From assembly GCA_039630545.1 (NCBI GenBank), contig JBCNUU010000001.1:60052-124051 (forward strand): DNA of 64,000 bases, written 5' to 3'. The position numbers and the translations under genes are program-made. The stretch is from Endomicrobiia bacterium. GTDB lineage: Bacteria; Elusimicrobiota; Endomicrobiia; DTEH01. Under the pieces are notes generated by a model. It saw only the letters and a program-made list of their open reading frames with translations. It did no database searches and was not told the origin of the DNA. This document shows, piece after piece, positions 30,033 through 40,258 of the stretch (position 1 is the stretch's first letter; each line of letters starts with the position of its first letter).

Positions 30033-30791
30033 ATGGAAAAATTAAAAAATTTAATGATTTTATTAATGGTCAATGTTTCTTTATATGCTGTTGATATATT
30101 TGAAGAATTTAAAAATAGAGTTCAACAGCAATATATAGATCCTTTCACTAAAGATCTCACAGGTATTGTATGTAGTAACTCCATAAATACCGCAGATAGT
30201 TTGGGTCTATTTAAGGCTGTTCCACCATCAATAGGTTTGGATCTTAGTGCATCTTTTGTGTTAAAAGAAATCTCTTCAGAGAATATAATTTTAAATGAAG
30301 CATTTAAAGAACAAGATTTTAAGTATATTCCATTTTTTAGTTTACAAATAAGTAAAGGATTACCATTAAATATAGATTTGATTGGAAGAATTTTTAGTTA
30401 TTCAAATGTTATCTTTTATGGTGCAGGAGTGAAATATAGGTTTTTATCTTTTCCACCGATTGTTCCTGTAGTAAACTGTGCTGTAGGTTTATTCTATAAT
30501 GTGATAGATGCCAAAGATATTCTTAAACATAACTCCTATTCCATAAACGCTGTAATTTCTGTGGATAAACTACCTTTTATAAGGCCATATATGGTAGTTG
30601 GTTTGGATAATGGAGAACTAACAGTGTACGAAGCAATAGGAATAGGTGAGATAAAAAGTAGATTTAAAAACGGGTTAAGATATGAAGTAGGTTTCAGGTT
30701 ATCTTTTGTTCCTTTTGTTTATATTAGTTTAGGATATTTAAATGTATATTCTGTGAATGGTTATACTTTAAATCTTGGATTAAAATTTTAA
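30033..30791 (+). CDS. hypothetical outer-membrane beta-barrel-like protein
   Basis: Signal peptide, alternating hydrophobic pattern, C-terminal aromatic (…LNLGLKF). Confidence 0.3.
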   Translation: MEKLKNLMILLMVNVSLYAVDIFEEFKNRVQQQYIDPFTKDLTGIVCSNSINTADSLGLFKAVPPSIGLDLSASFVLKEISSENIILNEAFKEQDFKYIPFFSLQISKGLPLNIDLIGRIFSYSNVIFYGAGVKYRFLSFPPIVPVVNCAVGLFYNVIDAKDILKHNSYSINAVISVDKLPFIRPYMVVGLDNGELTVYEAIGIGEIKSRFKNGLRYEVGFRLSFVPFVYISLGYLNVYSVNGYTLNLGLKF

Positions 30792-30792
30792 C

Positions 30793-31389
30793 ATGTCAGA
30801 AGTATTAGTACTTAATAAACATTTTGTAGCAGTATCTTTAACATCATGGCGTAAAGCAATAAAACTGGTGTATCTTGAGCGTGCGGATGTGGTGGATGAA
30901 GATTATAAGACATATTCGTTTAAAGATTGGTTTGAACTTTCTCAATGTATGAAGGAACATCCAGCAGGATTTGTATATACACCAAAATTTAAAATAGCAA
31001 TTCCAGAAGTGATAGCACTTAAATTTTATGATAAAGTTCATTTTGAAGAACCGAGATTAACACGAAAAAATATATATGAACATTACGGCTATAGATGTTG
31101 TTACTGTGGTAAAAAATTCAGTGTTGATAAACTTAACATAGACCATATACTGCCTAAATCTCGAGGAGGAAAAACTGAGTGGAATAATATTATCACTTCA
31201 TGTATAGAATGTAATCTGAAAAAAGGAAATAAAACTCCACAAGAAGCTGGTATGAAACTAGCTATATCTCCGTCTAAACCACAGAGAAGATTAAAACTTA
31301 CTTTTATATTCAAGCCAAATATAAAAATTCCGACTTCCTGGCAAAAGTTTATAGATACTATGTACTGGAATGTTGAGCTTGAAGAATAA
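30793..31389 (+). CDS. HNH endonuclease
   Basis: CCYCGKK...IDHILPKSRGG...NNIITSCIECNLKKGNK HNH/zinc motifs, 198 aa. Confidence 0.8.
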   Translation: MSEVLVLNKHFVAVSLTSWRKAIKLVYLERADVVDEDYKTYSFKDWFELSQCMKEHPAGFVYTPKFKIAIPEVIALKFYDKVHFEEPRLTRKNIYEHYGYRCCYCGKKFSVDKLNIDHILPKSRGGKTEWNNIITSCIECNLKKGNKTPQEAGMKLAISPSKPQRRLKLTFIFKPNIKIPTSWQKFIDTMYWNVELEE

Positions 31390-31555
31390 TTTTTTATTTT
31401 GAATTTTTGATGACCCATAGATACAACAAATTATAATCTTCTCTTTTTAAAAAATTTTTAAATCTGTTGCGAAATTTTAAAAATTATAGTAAATATAAAA
31501 CTAAAAACAAAGTTTTTTTGTTAATTTATTTTTTAATACAGGAGGAAAAAGAAAT

Positions 31556-32446
31556 ATGTTATCTTCTTCGTTTTTGTTAGTTTTAATTATAATACTTGGA
31601 ATTATTTATGTATATAATGCAGTAAAAATAATAAGACAACATGAAAGAGGACTTATAGAAACATTGGGCCGTTTTACTAAAATGGTGGAGCCTGGATTAG
31701 TAGTAATATTTCCCTTAATTCAAAAAATAAGAGTTGTAGATATGAGAGAACAGGTCATAGATGTCCCTCCACAGGATGTGATAACGAAAGATAATGTTGT
31801 GGTTACTGTTGATGCTGTAATATATTTTCAGGTTATAGATCCAGTAAAGGTTGTATATGAAGTATCTAATTTCTCTTTAGCAGCTTTGAAATTAGCTCAA
31901 ACGAACCTAAGAAATGTTATAGGTGATCTTGAGTTAGATCAAACTTTAACTTCAAGAGAAAAAATAAACTTGCAATTAAGACAAGTCCTTGATGAAGCAA
32001 CTGACAGATGGGGAGTAAAAATCACAAGGGTGGAAATTCAGAAAATAGAACCACCAAAAGACATTACTGATGCGATGAGTAAACAGATGAAAGCCGAAAG
32101 AGAAAAAAGAGCAATGATATTAGAAGCAGAAGGTATAAGACAAGCAGCTATATTAAAAGCAGAAGGAGAAAAACAAGCTGCAATACTTACCGCTGAAGGT
32201 AGGGCTGAAGCTATTAAAAAAGTGGCTGACGCTGAAAAATATCAAATAGAAATAGTATACGATGCTATTCATAAGGGTAAACCTACTAATGACCTAATAG
32301 CAATTAAATATCTTGAAACATTACAAAAAATAGCAGACGGAAAAGCTACAAAAATTTTTCTTCCAGTAGAAGCGACGGGAATTTTAGGATCTATTGGAGG
32401 AATAAAAGAACTTTTTGTAGAATCTGAAAAAAAAGAAGAAAAATAA
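31556..32446 (+). CDS. SPFH/band 7 (stomatin-like) membrane protein
   Basis: N-terminal TM, SPFH core (IIRQHERGLIETLGRF..., coiled-coil EAEGIRQAAILKAEGEKQAAILTAEG). Confidence 0.8.
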   Translation: MLSSSFLLVLIIILGIIYVYNAVKIIRQHERGLIETLGRFTKMVEPGLVVIFPLIQKIRVVDMREQVIDVPPQDVITKDNVVVTVDAVIYFQVIDPVKVVYEVSNFSLAALKLAQTNLRNVIGDLELDQTLTSREKINLQLRQVLDEATDRWGVKITRVEIQKIEPPKDITDAMSKQMKAEREKRAMILEAEGIRQAAILKAEGEKQAAILTAEGRAEAIKKVADAEKYQIEIVYDAIHKGKPTNDLIAIKYLETLQKIADGKATKIFLPVEATGILGSIGGIKELFVESEKKEEK

Positions 32447-32485
32447 AACTTTCAATTATATTTAAAAGAAAGGAGAGGGTTTAAT

Positions 32486-33874
32486 ATGCAAGAAATTATA
32501 AATAACATCAAAGAAGCTGTAGATTACAAAGACGGAAAAGTAGAGATAAAAAATTTAACTCTTTTAAGAGAAAAAATAATAGATGAACTTGTATGGAAAG
32601 CTGTATTTGGTACTTCAGAACAAGAAAAAATTTTTTGTAGAAAACTAATTCGACTCATAGCTCAGAGGCTGAATTTAGGACCGGCTAGTATTTATGATCT
32701 ATATGTTGCTATAGGAAGAAATGAAGTGAGTGGTTTTACAGTTCCAGCTGTGAATATTCGTGGTTTAACTTATGATACTGCCAAAGCACTATTTAGAGCT
32801 GCAAAAAAATTAGATGTTGGAGCTGTTATTCTTGAGATTGCTAGATCTGAAATGGGATATACTAATCAATCACCTGATGAGTATGCAGCAGTAATTCTTG
32901 GAGCTGCTATTAAGGAAGGTTACGATGTAGTTGTGTTTTTACAGGGAGATCATTTTCAAGTTAATGCTAAGAGATATAAAGAAAATTCTCAGAAAGAAAT
33001 AGAAGGCATAAAAAACCTTATACAAAATTCTATAGATGCTGGTTTTTACAATATAGATTTAGATACCTCAACTTTAGTAGATGAGTCAAAACCGACACTT
33101 GATGAACAACAGAAAGAAAACTATAAAGTTGCCTCAGAGTTAACTGAATTTGTAAGGAGTATTCAACCTAAAGGCATAGAGGTGAACCTTGGTGGAGAAA
33201 TTGGGGAAATAGGAAGCAAAAATTCTACAGAAGAAGAACTTATAGCTTATATGGAGGGTTATAAAAAAGAATTAAAAAGCGGTTTAAAAGGTATTACAAA
33301 ACTTGCTATTCAAACAGGGACAACTCACGGTGGGATTCCTTTACCTGACGGGTCAATTGCGAAAGTAAAGTTAGACTTTGATGTGATAGAGAGATTAACA
33401 AAAGTTGCAAAAGAGAAATACAATCTTGCAGGTTGTGTTCAACATGGAGCTTCTACTTTACCTGCAGAACTTTTTGATAAATTTCCAAAAGTTGGCACTT
33501 TGGAGATACATCTTGCTACAGAATTTCAAAATATAATTTTTGATCATCCTTTATTCCCTTCAGAGTTAAAACAACATATATACAAATATTTAGATGAAAA
33601 CTGTAAAGATGAAAGAAAACCTTCAGATACAGATCAACAGTTTTATTATAAAACAAGAAAAAAAGCATGGGGACCATTTAAGAAAGAAGTTTGGAGTTTA
33701 TCACAACACATAAAAGACAGCATATCTTTAGATCTTCAGAAGAAATTTGAGTTTTTGTTTGATAAGTTAAATGTAAAAAATACCAAAGATATAGTTAAAA
33801 AATACATAAAGCCTGTAGAAGTTGAGATAAAAGATGTTATAAGCAAAAAAGAGAAATTTGAAGGTGCAGACTAA
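32486..33874 (+). CDS. GatZ/KbaZ-like (tagatose-bisphosphate aldolase-related) TIM-barrel protein
   Basis: 462 aa; LQGDHFQ and surrounding block resemble GatZ/KbaZ LGGDHLGP region; assignment from motif recall. Confidence 0.35.
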   Translation: MQEIINNIKEAVDYKDGKVEIKNLTLLREKIIDELVWKAVFGTSEQEKIFCRKLIRLIAQRLNLGPASIYDLYVAIGRNEVSGFTVPAVNIRGLTYDTAKALFRAAKKLDVGAVILEIARSEMGYTNQSPDEYAAVILGAAIKEGYDVVVFLQGDHFQVNAKRYKENSQKEIEGIKNLIQNSIDAGFYNIDLDTSTLVDESKPTLDEQQKENYKVASELTEFVRSIQPKGIEVNLGGEIGEIGSKNSTEEELIAYMEGYKKELKSGLKGITKLAIQTGTTHGGIPLPDGSIAKVKLDFDVIERLTKVAKEKYNLAGCVQHGASTLPAELFDKFPKVGTLEIHLATEFQNIIFDHPLFPSELKQHIYKYLDENCKDERKPSDTDQQFYYKTRKKAWGPFKKEVWSLSQHIKDSISLDLQKKFEFLFDKLNVKNTKDIVKKYIKPVEVEIKDVISKKEKFEGAD

Positions 33875-33894
33875 ATTATTAAAAATTTGAAAAA

Positions 33895-34113
33895 ATGAGT
33901 GAAATAGGAAAATTTTTAGTTTTTATTGGTGTGATAATTATTTTGGTTGGAATATTTTTGTTGTTTTTTGAAAAAATACCCTATTTAGGTAAACTTCCAG
34001 GAGACATTCTTATAAGAAAGAAAAACTTTGTGTTCTATTTTCCCCTAGCTACTTCAGTACTTTTAAGTATTTTGTTAACTTTATTGTTAAATCTTATCAT
34101 TAGGAGAAAATAG
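33895..34113 (+). CDS. DUF2905 small membrane protein
   Basis: 72 aa, two TM flanking conserved GKLPGDIL motif. Confidence 0.55.
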   Translation: MSEIGKFLVFIGVIIILVGIFLLFFEKIPYLGKLPGDILIRKKNFVFYFPLATSVLLSILLTLLLNLIIRRK

Positions 34114-34115
34114 TC

Positions 34116-35252
34116 TTGCTAAAACAAAGGCTTATCTTTGTGATATTTATATTTTTGTGTATAAGTTTGCTATTTTCTTATGAGCTTTTTGTTAGAGTAG
34201 GAATTAAAGATAATGTTAAAAGTTTTCAAGTTTTTTGTGATGAGAAAAATTATGTAATAGTTAGATCTTACAATGATAAAATTTTAAAAAAGATAATAAA
34301 CCCTTTTTATGTCGTATTAAGCAGAGATGGTAAAAAAGTTAAGATCTTAAATGAAAGTTATTTTTTGCCTTTAAAACTTTATTCAAAAAGTAACATATCA
34401 ATTGATGGTAAATTTTATCCAGGAACAATAGAAATTTTTTCAAAAAATAAAAGTTTAATTCTTGTAAATGTTTTAGACATAGAGAATTATTTATATGGAG
34501 TGATTCCTTATGAAGTAGTAAGCAGCTGGCCTGATGAGATGTTGAAAGTTCAAGCAATAATAGCAAGAACCTATACGATTTCTCACTTAGGAAGACATAA
34601 ATATGATGGATATGATGTATGTTCAACTTTTCACTGTCAGGTTTATAATGGAATTTCTGAAAAAATGCATCAAAGAGTAAAAGAAGCAGTTGATGCAACT
34701 CGTGGTCTTGTGATAGTGGATAAAATAAAAAACACCCCTATACAGGCCTACTACCATGCAGCCTGTGGAGGAGCTACTGATAATGTGGTTGAAATATGGG
34801 GTGATGTGTGTAGTTTTAGATATCTTTGTGGTGTAAAGTGTGATTTTTGTAAAAATTCACCTTATTATCAATGGGAATATGAAATTAAAATAGAGGAGTT
34901 TATAAAAACATTAAATAAAAATGGTTTTTCTTTGAAAAATATAAAAAAATTGCAGATACTTTCTTATACAAAAAATGGTAGGGCAAAAGAGATAAAAATT
35001 ATAACTGAAAATTTACCATTAATAGTCAAAGCAGAAGATTTAAGAAAAATGTTTGGTTACACCAGTATAAAAAGTACAAAAATTAATGATATAGAAATAA
35101 GGAATAAAAATATAATATTTTCAGGGAAAGGATGGGGACATGGTGTTGGTTTATGTCAGTGGGGAGCTGCTACTTTAGCTTTCAAAGGAAAAAGTTTTAA
35201 AGAGATAATAAGTTATTACTATCCTTTTACTACTGTTAAAAAATATCGTTAG
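34116..35252 (+). CDS. SpoIID/LytB domain protein
   Basis: Signal/TM N-terminus, SpoIID core (LKVQAIIARTYTISH..., AYYHAACGGATDNV). Confidence 0.65.
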   Translation: MLKQRLIFVIFIFLCISLLFSYELFVRVGIKDNVKSFQVFCDEKNYVIVRSYNDKILKKIINPFYVVLSRDGKKVKILNESYFLPLKLYSKSNISIDGKFYPGTIEIFSKNKSLILVNVLDIENYLYGVIPYEVVSSWPDEMLKVQAIIARTYTISHLGRHKYDGYDVCSTFHCQVYNGISEKMHQRVKEAVDATRGLVIVDKIKNTPIQAYYHAACGGATDNVVEIWGDVCSFRYLCGVKCDFCKNSPYYQWEYEIKIEEFIKTLNKNGFSLKNIKKLQILSYTKNGRAKEIKIITENLPLIVKAEDLRKMFGYTSIKSTKINDIEIRNKNIIFSGKGWGHGVGLCQWGAATLAFKGKSFKEIISYYYPFTTVKKYR

Positions 35253-35260
35253 AAATTTCT

Positions 35261-36310
35261 ATGAATGAAAAGCAATTTGATATTCAGAGTTATGATTTTT
35301 ATTTACCTAAAGAACTTATAGCTCAAGTTCCATCTGAAAAAAGAAGTAATTCCAGACTTTTGGTATACTTTAAAGATAAAGATGTTGTAGAACATTTAAA
35401 TTTTTCTGATATAATAAATTTATTAGATGAAAACTGGTGTATAATTTTAAATAATACCAAAGTAGAAAATAGAAAGATAGAATGTAAAAAGATCACTGGA
35501 GGTGTAGTTTATATTCTTATTACTTATTATTCTGAAAATTTAATAAAATTCATTCCTTATAAGAAAGTAAAAATAAATCAAAAATTGATACTTCCAACAG
35601 GCAAATTGGGTACAGTTGTAAGTAAACAACAAGATACTCCAGAGTATGAAATGCAAGGAAATTTTGGTGTAGATGAAATAAAAGAAATGATTGAAAAATA
35701 TGGTAGAGCACCTCTACCACCTTATATAAAAAGGAAGCCTCAAGATCCTTTATGTGAATTAGATAAAGAAAGATACCAGACAGTTTTTGCTAAAAATCCA
35801 GCTTCTTTAGCTGCTCCTACAGCTGGTTTTCATTTTGATGAGGAATTGTTAAAAAAACTACAAGAAAAAAAAATCAAAATATTTTATATAACACTTAACA
35901 TAGGTTTGTCTACATTTATACCTGTAAAAACATATGACATAAGAAAACATAAACTTCAACCTGAAGAGTTAATCATAAATAAAGACACAGCATATGAAAT
36001 TAACAGATGTATAGAAGAAGGTAAAAATTTATTGTGTGTTGGCACAACAGTAGTAAGATCAATAGAGTTTATGGCTACAAATTTTGGAAAAATAAAACCG
36101 TATAATGGAGCTGTTGATATTTATATTTATCCTGGATATAAGTTTAAAATAGTAAAAAGTCTCCTTACTAACTTTCATCTCCCAAAATCAACAAATTTGC
36201 TGTTAGTAGCTTCTCTTATAGGAAGAGAAAAACTTTTAGAACTTTACAAGATTGCTATTGAGCAAAAATATAGGTTTTATTCTTATGGGGATGCTATGTT
36301 GATAATATGA
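35261..36310 (+). CDS. queA: S-adenosylmethionine:tRNA ribosyltransferase-isomerase
   Basis: 349 aa, QueA motifs (YDFYLPKELIAQ, CVGTTVVRSIE, RFYSYGDAMLI). Confidence 0.85.
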   Translation: MNEKQFDIQSYDFYLPKELIAQVPSEKRSNSRLLVYFKDKDVVEHLNFSDIINLLDENWCIILNNTKVENRKIECKKITGGVVYILITYYSENLIKFIPYKKVKINQKLILPTGKLGTVVSKQQDTPEYEMQGNFGVDEIKEMIEKYGRAPLPPYIKRKPQDPLCELDKERYQTVFAKNPASLAAPTAGFHFDEELLKKLQEKKIKIFYITLNIGLSTFIPVKTYDIRKHKLQPEELIINKDTAYEINRCIEEGKNLLCVGTTVVRSIEFMATNFGKIKPYNGAVDIYIYPGYKFKIVKSLLTNFHLPKSTNLLLVASLIGREKLLELYKIAIEQKYRFYSYGDAMLII

Positions 36311-36972
36311 AAATATTTGAACAACTCAAAAATAATCCAGAAGTTTTGGTATATCTTAAACAAGCAGATGAAAACTTTAAAGCACTAGGCTATACAGAAC
36401 AGGGTATTTTACACGCAAAGTTTACAGCACAACAGGTTTATAATATTCTTTCCAAACTTAGTTTTTCTAAACAGGATATAGATATAGGAATGTCTGCAGG
36501 TTTCCTTCACGATATCGGTTGTTGTATTTCTTATAAGGGACATACACAGAATAGCACATTTATAGCAAATAGAATTTTATCTAAAATGAATGTGGATTGC
36601 GAAAGTAAAATTAAAATTTTAAGTATAATAGGCTCACATGAAGATACAGAGCCAGATTTTTTTCCTATTTCTGAAGTGGCTGCTTCTGTTACTATTGCTG
36701 ATAAAACAGATGTAAGAAGGCAGAGAGTAATAAAGACAGATTTTAAATATTTTGATGAGTACGACAGAGTTCATTATGCAGTTATAGACAATAATTTAGA
36801 AGTATTTAATTTGGAAAAAATTATTAGATTAAATATTACAATTGATGAAAATATATGTAGCGTACTTGAATATTTTGAAATATTTCTTTCAAGAATTAAT
36901 TTCTGCAAAAAGGCGGCAGGAAAGTTAGGAATGAATTTTGAGTTGTATATAAATGGTTTAAAATACCTTTAA
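36307..36972 (+). CDS. HD domain phosphohydrolase
   Basis: H...HD...H...D pattern (GFLHDIG, GSHED, IADKTD), 221 aa, 4-nt overlap with queA stop, directly followed by tgt. Confidence 0.55.
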   Translation: MKIFEQLKNNPEVLVYLKQADENFKALGYTEQGILHAKFTAQQVYNILSKLSFSKQDIDIGMSAGFLHDIGCCISYKGHTQNSTFIANRILSKMNVDCESKIKILSIIGSHEDTEPDFFPISEVAASVTIADKTDVRRQRVIKTDFKYFDEYDRVHYAVIDNNLEVFNLEKIIRLNITIDENICSVLEYFEIFLSRINFCKKAAGKLGMNFELYINGLKYL

Positions 36973-36977
36973 ACCAT

Positions 36978-38120
36978 ATGCAGATTTTTAAAGTTTTTCA
37001 TAAAGACCCTCATTCACAAGCACGTACAGGTGTTCTAAGTTTTAAAGACTTTCAAATTACTACACCAATTTTTCTTCCGGTGGGGACTTTAGGTGTAGTA
37101 AAAACTTTAAGTTATCAAGATCTCAAAGAAATAAAAGTAGAAGCTTTTATTGCTAACACATATCATTTATATTTTAGACCCGGTGAGGAAATTCTTAAGA
37201 AATTTGGAGGATTAAAAAATTTTATAAACTGGGATAAGATAATATTTACGGATTCAGGTGGTTTTCAGGTATATAGTCTAAGAGAACTTAAAAAAATTTC
37301 CGAAGAAGGTGTGGAATTTAAGTCACATATTGATGGATCGTTGCATTTTTTTACTCCGGAAAAGGTGATAGAATTGCAGTCGGTTATAGGATCGGATGTA
37401 GCTGTGTGTTTGGATGAATGTGTTGAGTATCCAGTAGAATATAACTACGCAAAAAGGGCAGTTGAAATTACTACTTTGTGGGCTAAGAGAAGTAAAAAAA
37501 GGTTTGAAGAACTAAAGAAAAGTAATTTAAATGTTACTCATCAAAAACTTTTTGGTGTGATACAAGGTTCAGTTTATAAAGATTTAAGAAAACAAAGTAT
37601 TGAAGAAATTTTAAATTTGTCTTTTGATGGATACGCAATAGGTGGGTTAGCTGTAGGAGAGCCTAGAAGTTTAATGTGGGAAGTTGTTGAATTTATCAGT
37701 GAAAATTTGCCTGAAGATTTGGTTAGATATATAATGGGAATAGGTGAAATTGAGGATATTTTTTTCTGTATAGAAAAGGGATATGACATAATGGATTGTG
37801 TTTTACCTACAAGAAATGGAAGAAATGGTCAAGCATTGACTTCTTTCGGAAAACTTAATATAAAAAACTCCAAATACTCCAAAGATGAAAATCCGTTGGA
37901 TTTAGAGTGTAATTGTTTTGTTTGCAAAAATTATAGTAGAGCTTTACTTCATCACTATTATAAATCACAGGAACTGTTGGTGTTGAGGTTAATGTCTTAT
38001 CATAATGTATATTTTATGATAAACTTATTTAAAAAAATTCAAGAAAAAATAAATACTGACAGATTTTTAGAGTTTAAAAAAGAGTTCTTAAAAAAATTTT
38101 CTAACTCTGAAAATGAATAG
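36978..38120 (+). CDS. tgt: queuine tRNA-ribosyltransferase
   Basis: 380 aa, TGT motifs (TPIFLPVGT, FTDSGGFQV, zinc site CNCFVCKNYSRALLHH). Confidence 0.9.
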   Translation: MQIFKVFHKDPHSQARTGVLSFKDFQITTPIFLPVGTLGVVKTLSYQDLKEIKVEAFIANTYHLYFRPGEEILKKFGGLKNFINWDKIIFTDSGGFQVYSLRELKKISEEGVEFKSHIDGSLHFFTPEKVIELQSVIGSDVAVCLDECVEYPVEYNYAKRAVEITTLWAKRSKKRFEELKKSNLNVTHQKLFGVIQGSVYKDLRKQSIEEILNLSFDGYAIGGLAVGEPRSLMWEVVEFISENLPEDLVRYIMGIGEIEDIFFCIEKGYDIMDCVLPTRNGRNGQALTSFGKLNIKNSKYSKDENPLDLECNCFVCKNYSRALLHHYYKSQELLVLRLMSYHNVYFMINLFKKIQEKINTDRFLEFKKEFLKKFSNSENE

Positions 38121-39258
38121 TTTTAAACTGTCAATTTTATTAGCGTTTTTACTTTTTTTTAATAAATATTCAAATTGTGAAATTACCAAAGAAAAATGTG
38201 AAGAATGGATTATTAGCACTTTGAATACTGCAGATGATGCGAGTGTTAAAATTTATATTTTAGATAGTATTCACTACATTCCATCTAATAGATTCTTACC
38301 GGAGATCAAAAAACTTTCTTTATTAAGTAGTAAAACAAACCAGAATATATACCTTAAATCCCTGTATGTTCTTTACAAGGTATATAAAAGTACCCCTTCT
38401 TTAGAAAAAATAGTTGACTTTTTGCTTCAAAAACCACAGAGATCTCTTAAAGACAATCCTGTAATAAAGGCAAAAATATATATTAAGAATCAACTCAGAG
38501 CAGAAGCAGCAAAAATGCTTGGAGAACTTGGAGATGAAAGACATTTGGAGGTTTTGTCTAAAATAATAAAAGAAGATGATGAAGGAATGGTTTCCGATGC
38601 TTGTTATTTTGCTTTAGCTATGTTATCAAAAAGAGGGAAAATTAAAAAATTAGATGAATTAAAAGAATTTTTTTATTCAGGGCTTAAAGATACAGATCCA
38701 AAAGTAAGATTAAAAGCTGTCAAATACTTAGGAGAACTTTCTTACCCAGATGCTTTAGGACCCTTGAGTCTTCGTTTAAAAGACGTCAATAAAGAAGTAG
38801 TTACAGAAACAATTTTAAGTTTAGGTAAAATAGGAGACCCATCTATATTTCAAGAACTGCTGCAGTTTAAAACTCACCAAGATGTAGCCTTAAGAGTTGC
38901 TTTGGCAGAAGCTTTAGGTAATATTGGAAGAAGTATTTTAAATTCTGGTAATTTTTCTACATTAGAAAAAATAAAAAGTGTAATTAGTAGTTTGATGAAT
39001 GATACTCATGGGATGGTAAAAGTTACATCTGCGGTAGCATTGTTAAAAATTTCTGATAAAAGTGGCCTTGAAGTTATAAAAAAAGGACTTAACAGCACAG
39101 ATACAGATGTGGTGTTGTATTGTTTAGAAAACTTGGGTAACTATGGAAGTTTAGAAGACATAAAACTTCTTGAAAATTTTACTCAACATCAAGAACTTAT
39201 ATTTAGAGCTTATTCATATGTGAATATTTTAAAAATTTATTATAGAGAAGGAAAGTAA
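38113..39258 (+). CDS. HEAT/PBS-lyase repeat lipoprotein
   Basis: Signal with Cys, repeated ~30-aa units (AAKMLGELGDERHLEVL, AVKYLGELSYPDALGPL, LSLGKIGDP...). Confidence 0.5.
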   Translation: MNSFKLSILLAFLLFFNKYSNCEITKEKCEEWIISTLNTADDASVKIYILDSIHYIPSNRFLPEIKKLSLLSSKTNQNIYLKSLYVLYKVYKSTPSLEKIVDFLLQKPQRSLKDNPVIKAKIYIKNQLRAEAAKMLGELGDERHLEVLSKIIKEDDEGMVSDACYFALAMLSKRGKIKKLDELKEFFYSGLKDTDPKVRLKAVKYLGELSYPDALGPLSLRLKDVNKEVVTETILSLGKIGDPSIFQELLQFKTHQDVALRVALAEALGNIGRSILNSGNFSTLEKIKSVISSLMNDTHGMVKVTSAVALLKISDKSGLEVIKKGLNSTDTDVVLYCLENLGNYGSLEDIKLLENFTQHQELIFRAYSYVNILKIYYREGK

Positions 39259-39262
39259 TTAT

Positions 39263-40258
39263 ATGAAAATAAATAAACAAAAGCTAATAGCAGTTATTAA
39301 AAAATTTCATGGTAAAAAAATCTTAGTAGTAGGAGATATAATGCTGGATAAATATATATGGGGTGAAGTAGAAAGAATTTCTCCAGAAGCACCAGTTCCT
39401 GTTGTAGATGTAAAAAAGGAAACACAGAATTTAGGAGCAAGTGGCAATGTGGCTGATAATATAGTTTCAGCTGGAGCACAGGCATATTTAGTCACTGTTG
39501 TTGGTAATGATTCCTATGCTGAAGAGTTAAAAAGCATGCTTCTTAAAAAGGGAATAAACATAGATGGCGTATTTTCTGACAGTTCAAGACCGACTACTGT
39601 AAAAACAAGAATTATAGCTCAAAATCAACAAGTTGTAAGAGTTGATAAAGAAAGCAGAATTCAGATAACCCCAGTTCTTTTTGAAAAAATTAAAAAATAT
39701 ATAGAGAGTATAAAAACAGATCTTGATGGTATTCTTATTTCTGATTATGGTAAAGGAGTAATAACGCATTCTCTGTTATCTTTTTTAATAAACCTGGCTA
39801 AAAAGCTTGATATTCCAATCTGTGTAGACCCAAAAATTGAACATTTTATGGAATATAAAAAAGTTACAGTTTTAACTCCAAATTTAAATGAAGCTACCCA
39901 AGGTATGAAATTAACCAAAAAACCTCAAAAAGAGCAAGAAATACATGAATTAGGAAAAAAAATCTTAAAAAAACTAAATCCAGATGCATTGGTTATAACG
40001 AGAGGTCCTGATGGAATGACACTTTTTGAAAAACAAAAAATTTATCATATTCCTACAAGAGCAAAAGAAGTTTATGATGTAACAGGAGCAGGGGATACTG
40101 TGATATCAATATTAACTTTATGTTTAGCAGCTGGTTCAGATTTTGTGTCTGGGTGTGAGATTTCTAATTTCGCTGCAGGAATAGTTGTAGGAAAAGTTGG
40201 AACGGCTGCTGTATCTTTAAAAGAATTAGAAGAAAGCATTTTAAAATATGAACCTTAA
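39263..40258 (+). CDS. D-glycero-beta-D-manno-heptose-7-phosphate kinase (HldE domain I / RfaE1, PfkB family)
   Basis: PfkB ribokinase-like motifs (KILVVGDIMLDKYIWGEVERISPEAPVPVV, DVTGAGDT), 331 aa kinase-only. Confidence 0.65.
   Translation: MKINKQKLIAVIKKFHGKKILVVGDIMLDKYIWGEVERISPEAPVPVVDVKKETQNLGASGNVADNIVSAGAQAYLVTVVGNDSYAEELKSMLLKKGINIDGVFSDSSRPTTVKTRIIAQNQQVVRVDKESRIQITPVLFEKIKKYIESIKTDLDGILISDYGKGVITHSLLSFLINLAKKLDIPICVDPKIEHFMEYKKVTVLTPNLNEATQGMKLTKKPQKEQEIHELGKKILKKLNPDALVITRGPDGMTLFEKQKIYHIPTRAKEVYDVTGAGDTVISILTLCLAAGSDFVSGCEISNFAAGIVVGKVGTAAVSLKELEESILKYEP

Noticed and set aside
31390-31555. Promoter motifs upstream of SPFH gene (TTGATG..19..TATAAT; TTGCGA..17..TAAATA)
   Set aside because: Spacing suboptimal and such hexamers occur by chance at high frequency in DNA this AT-rich.
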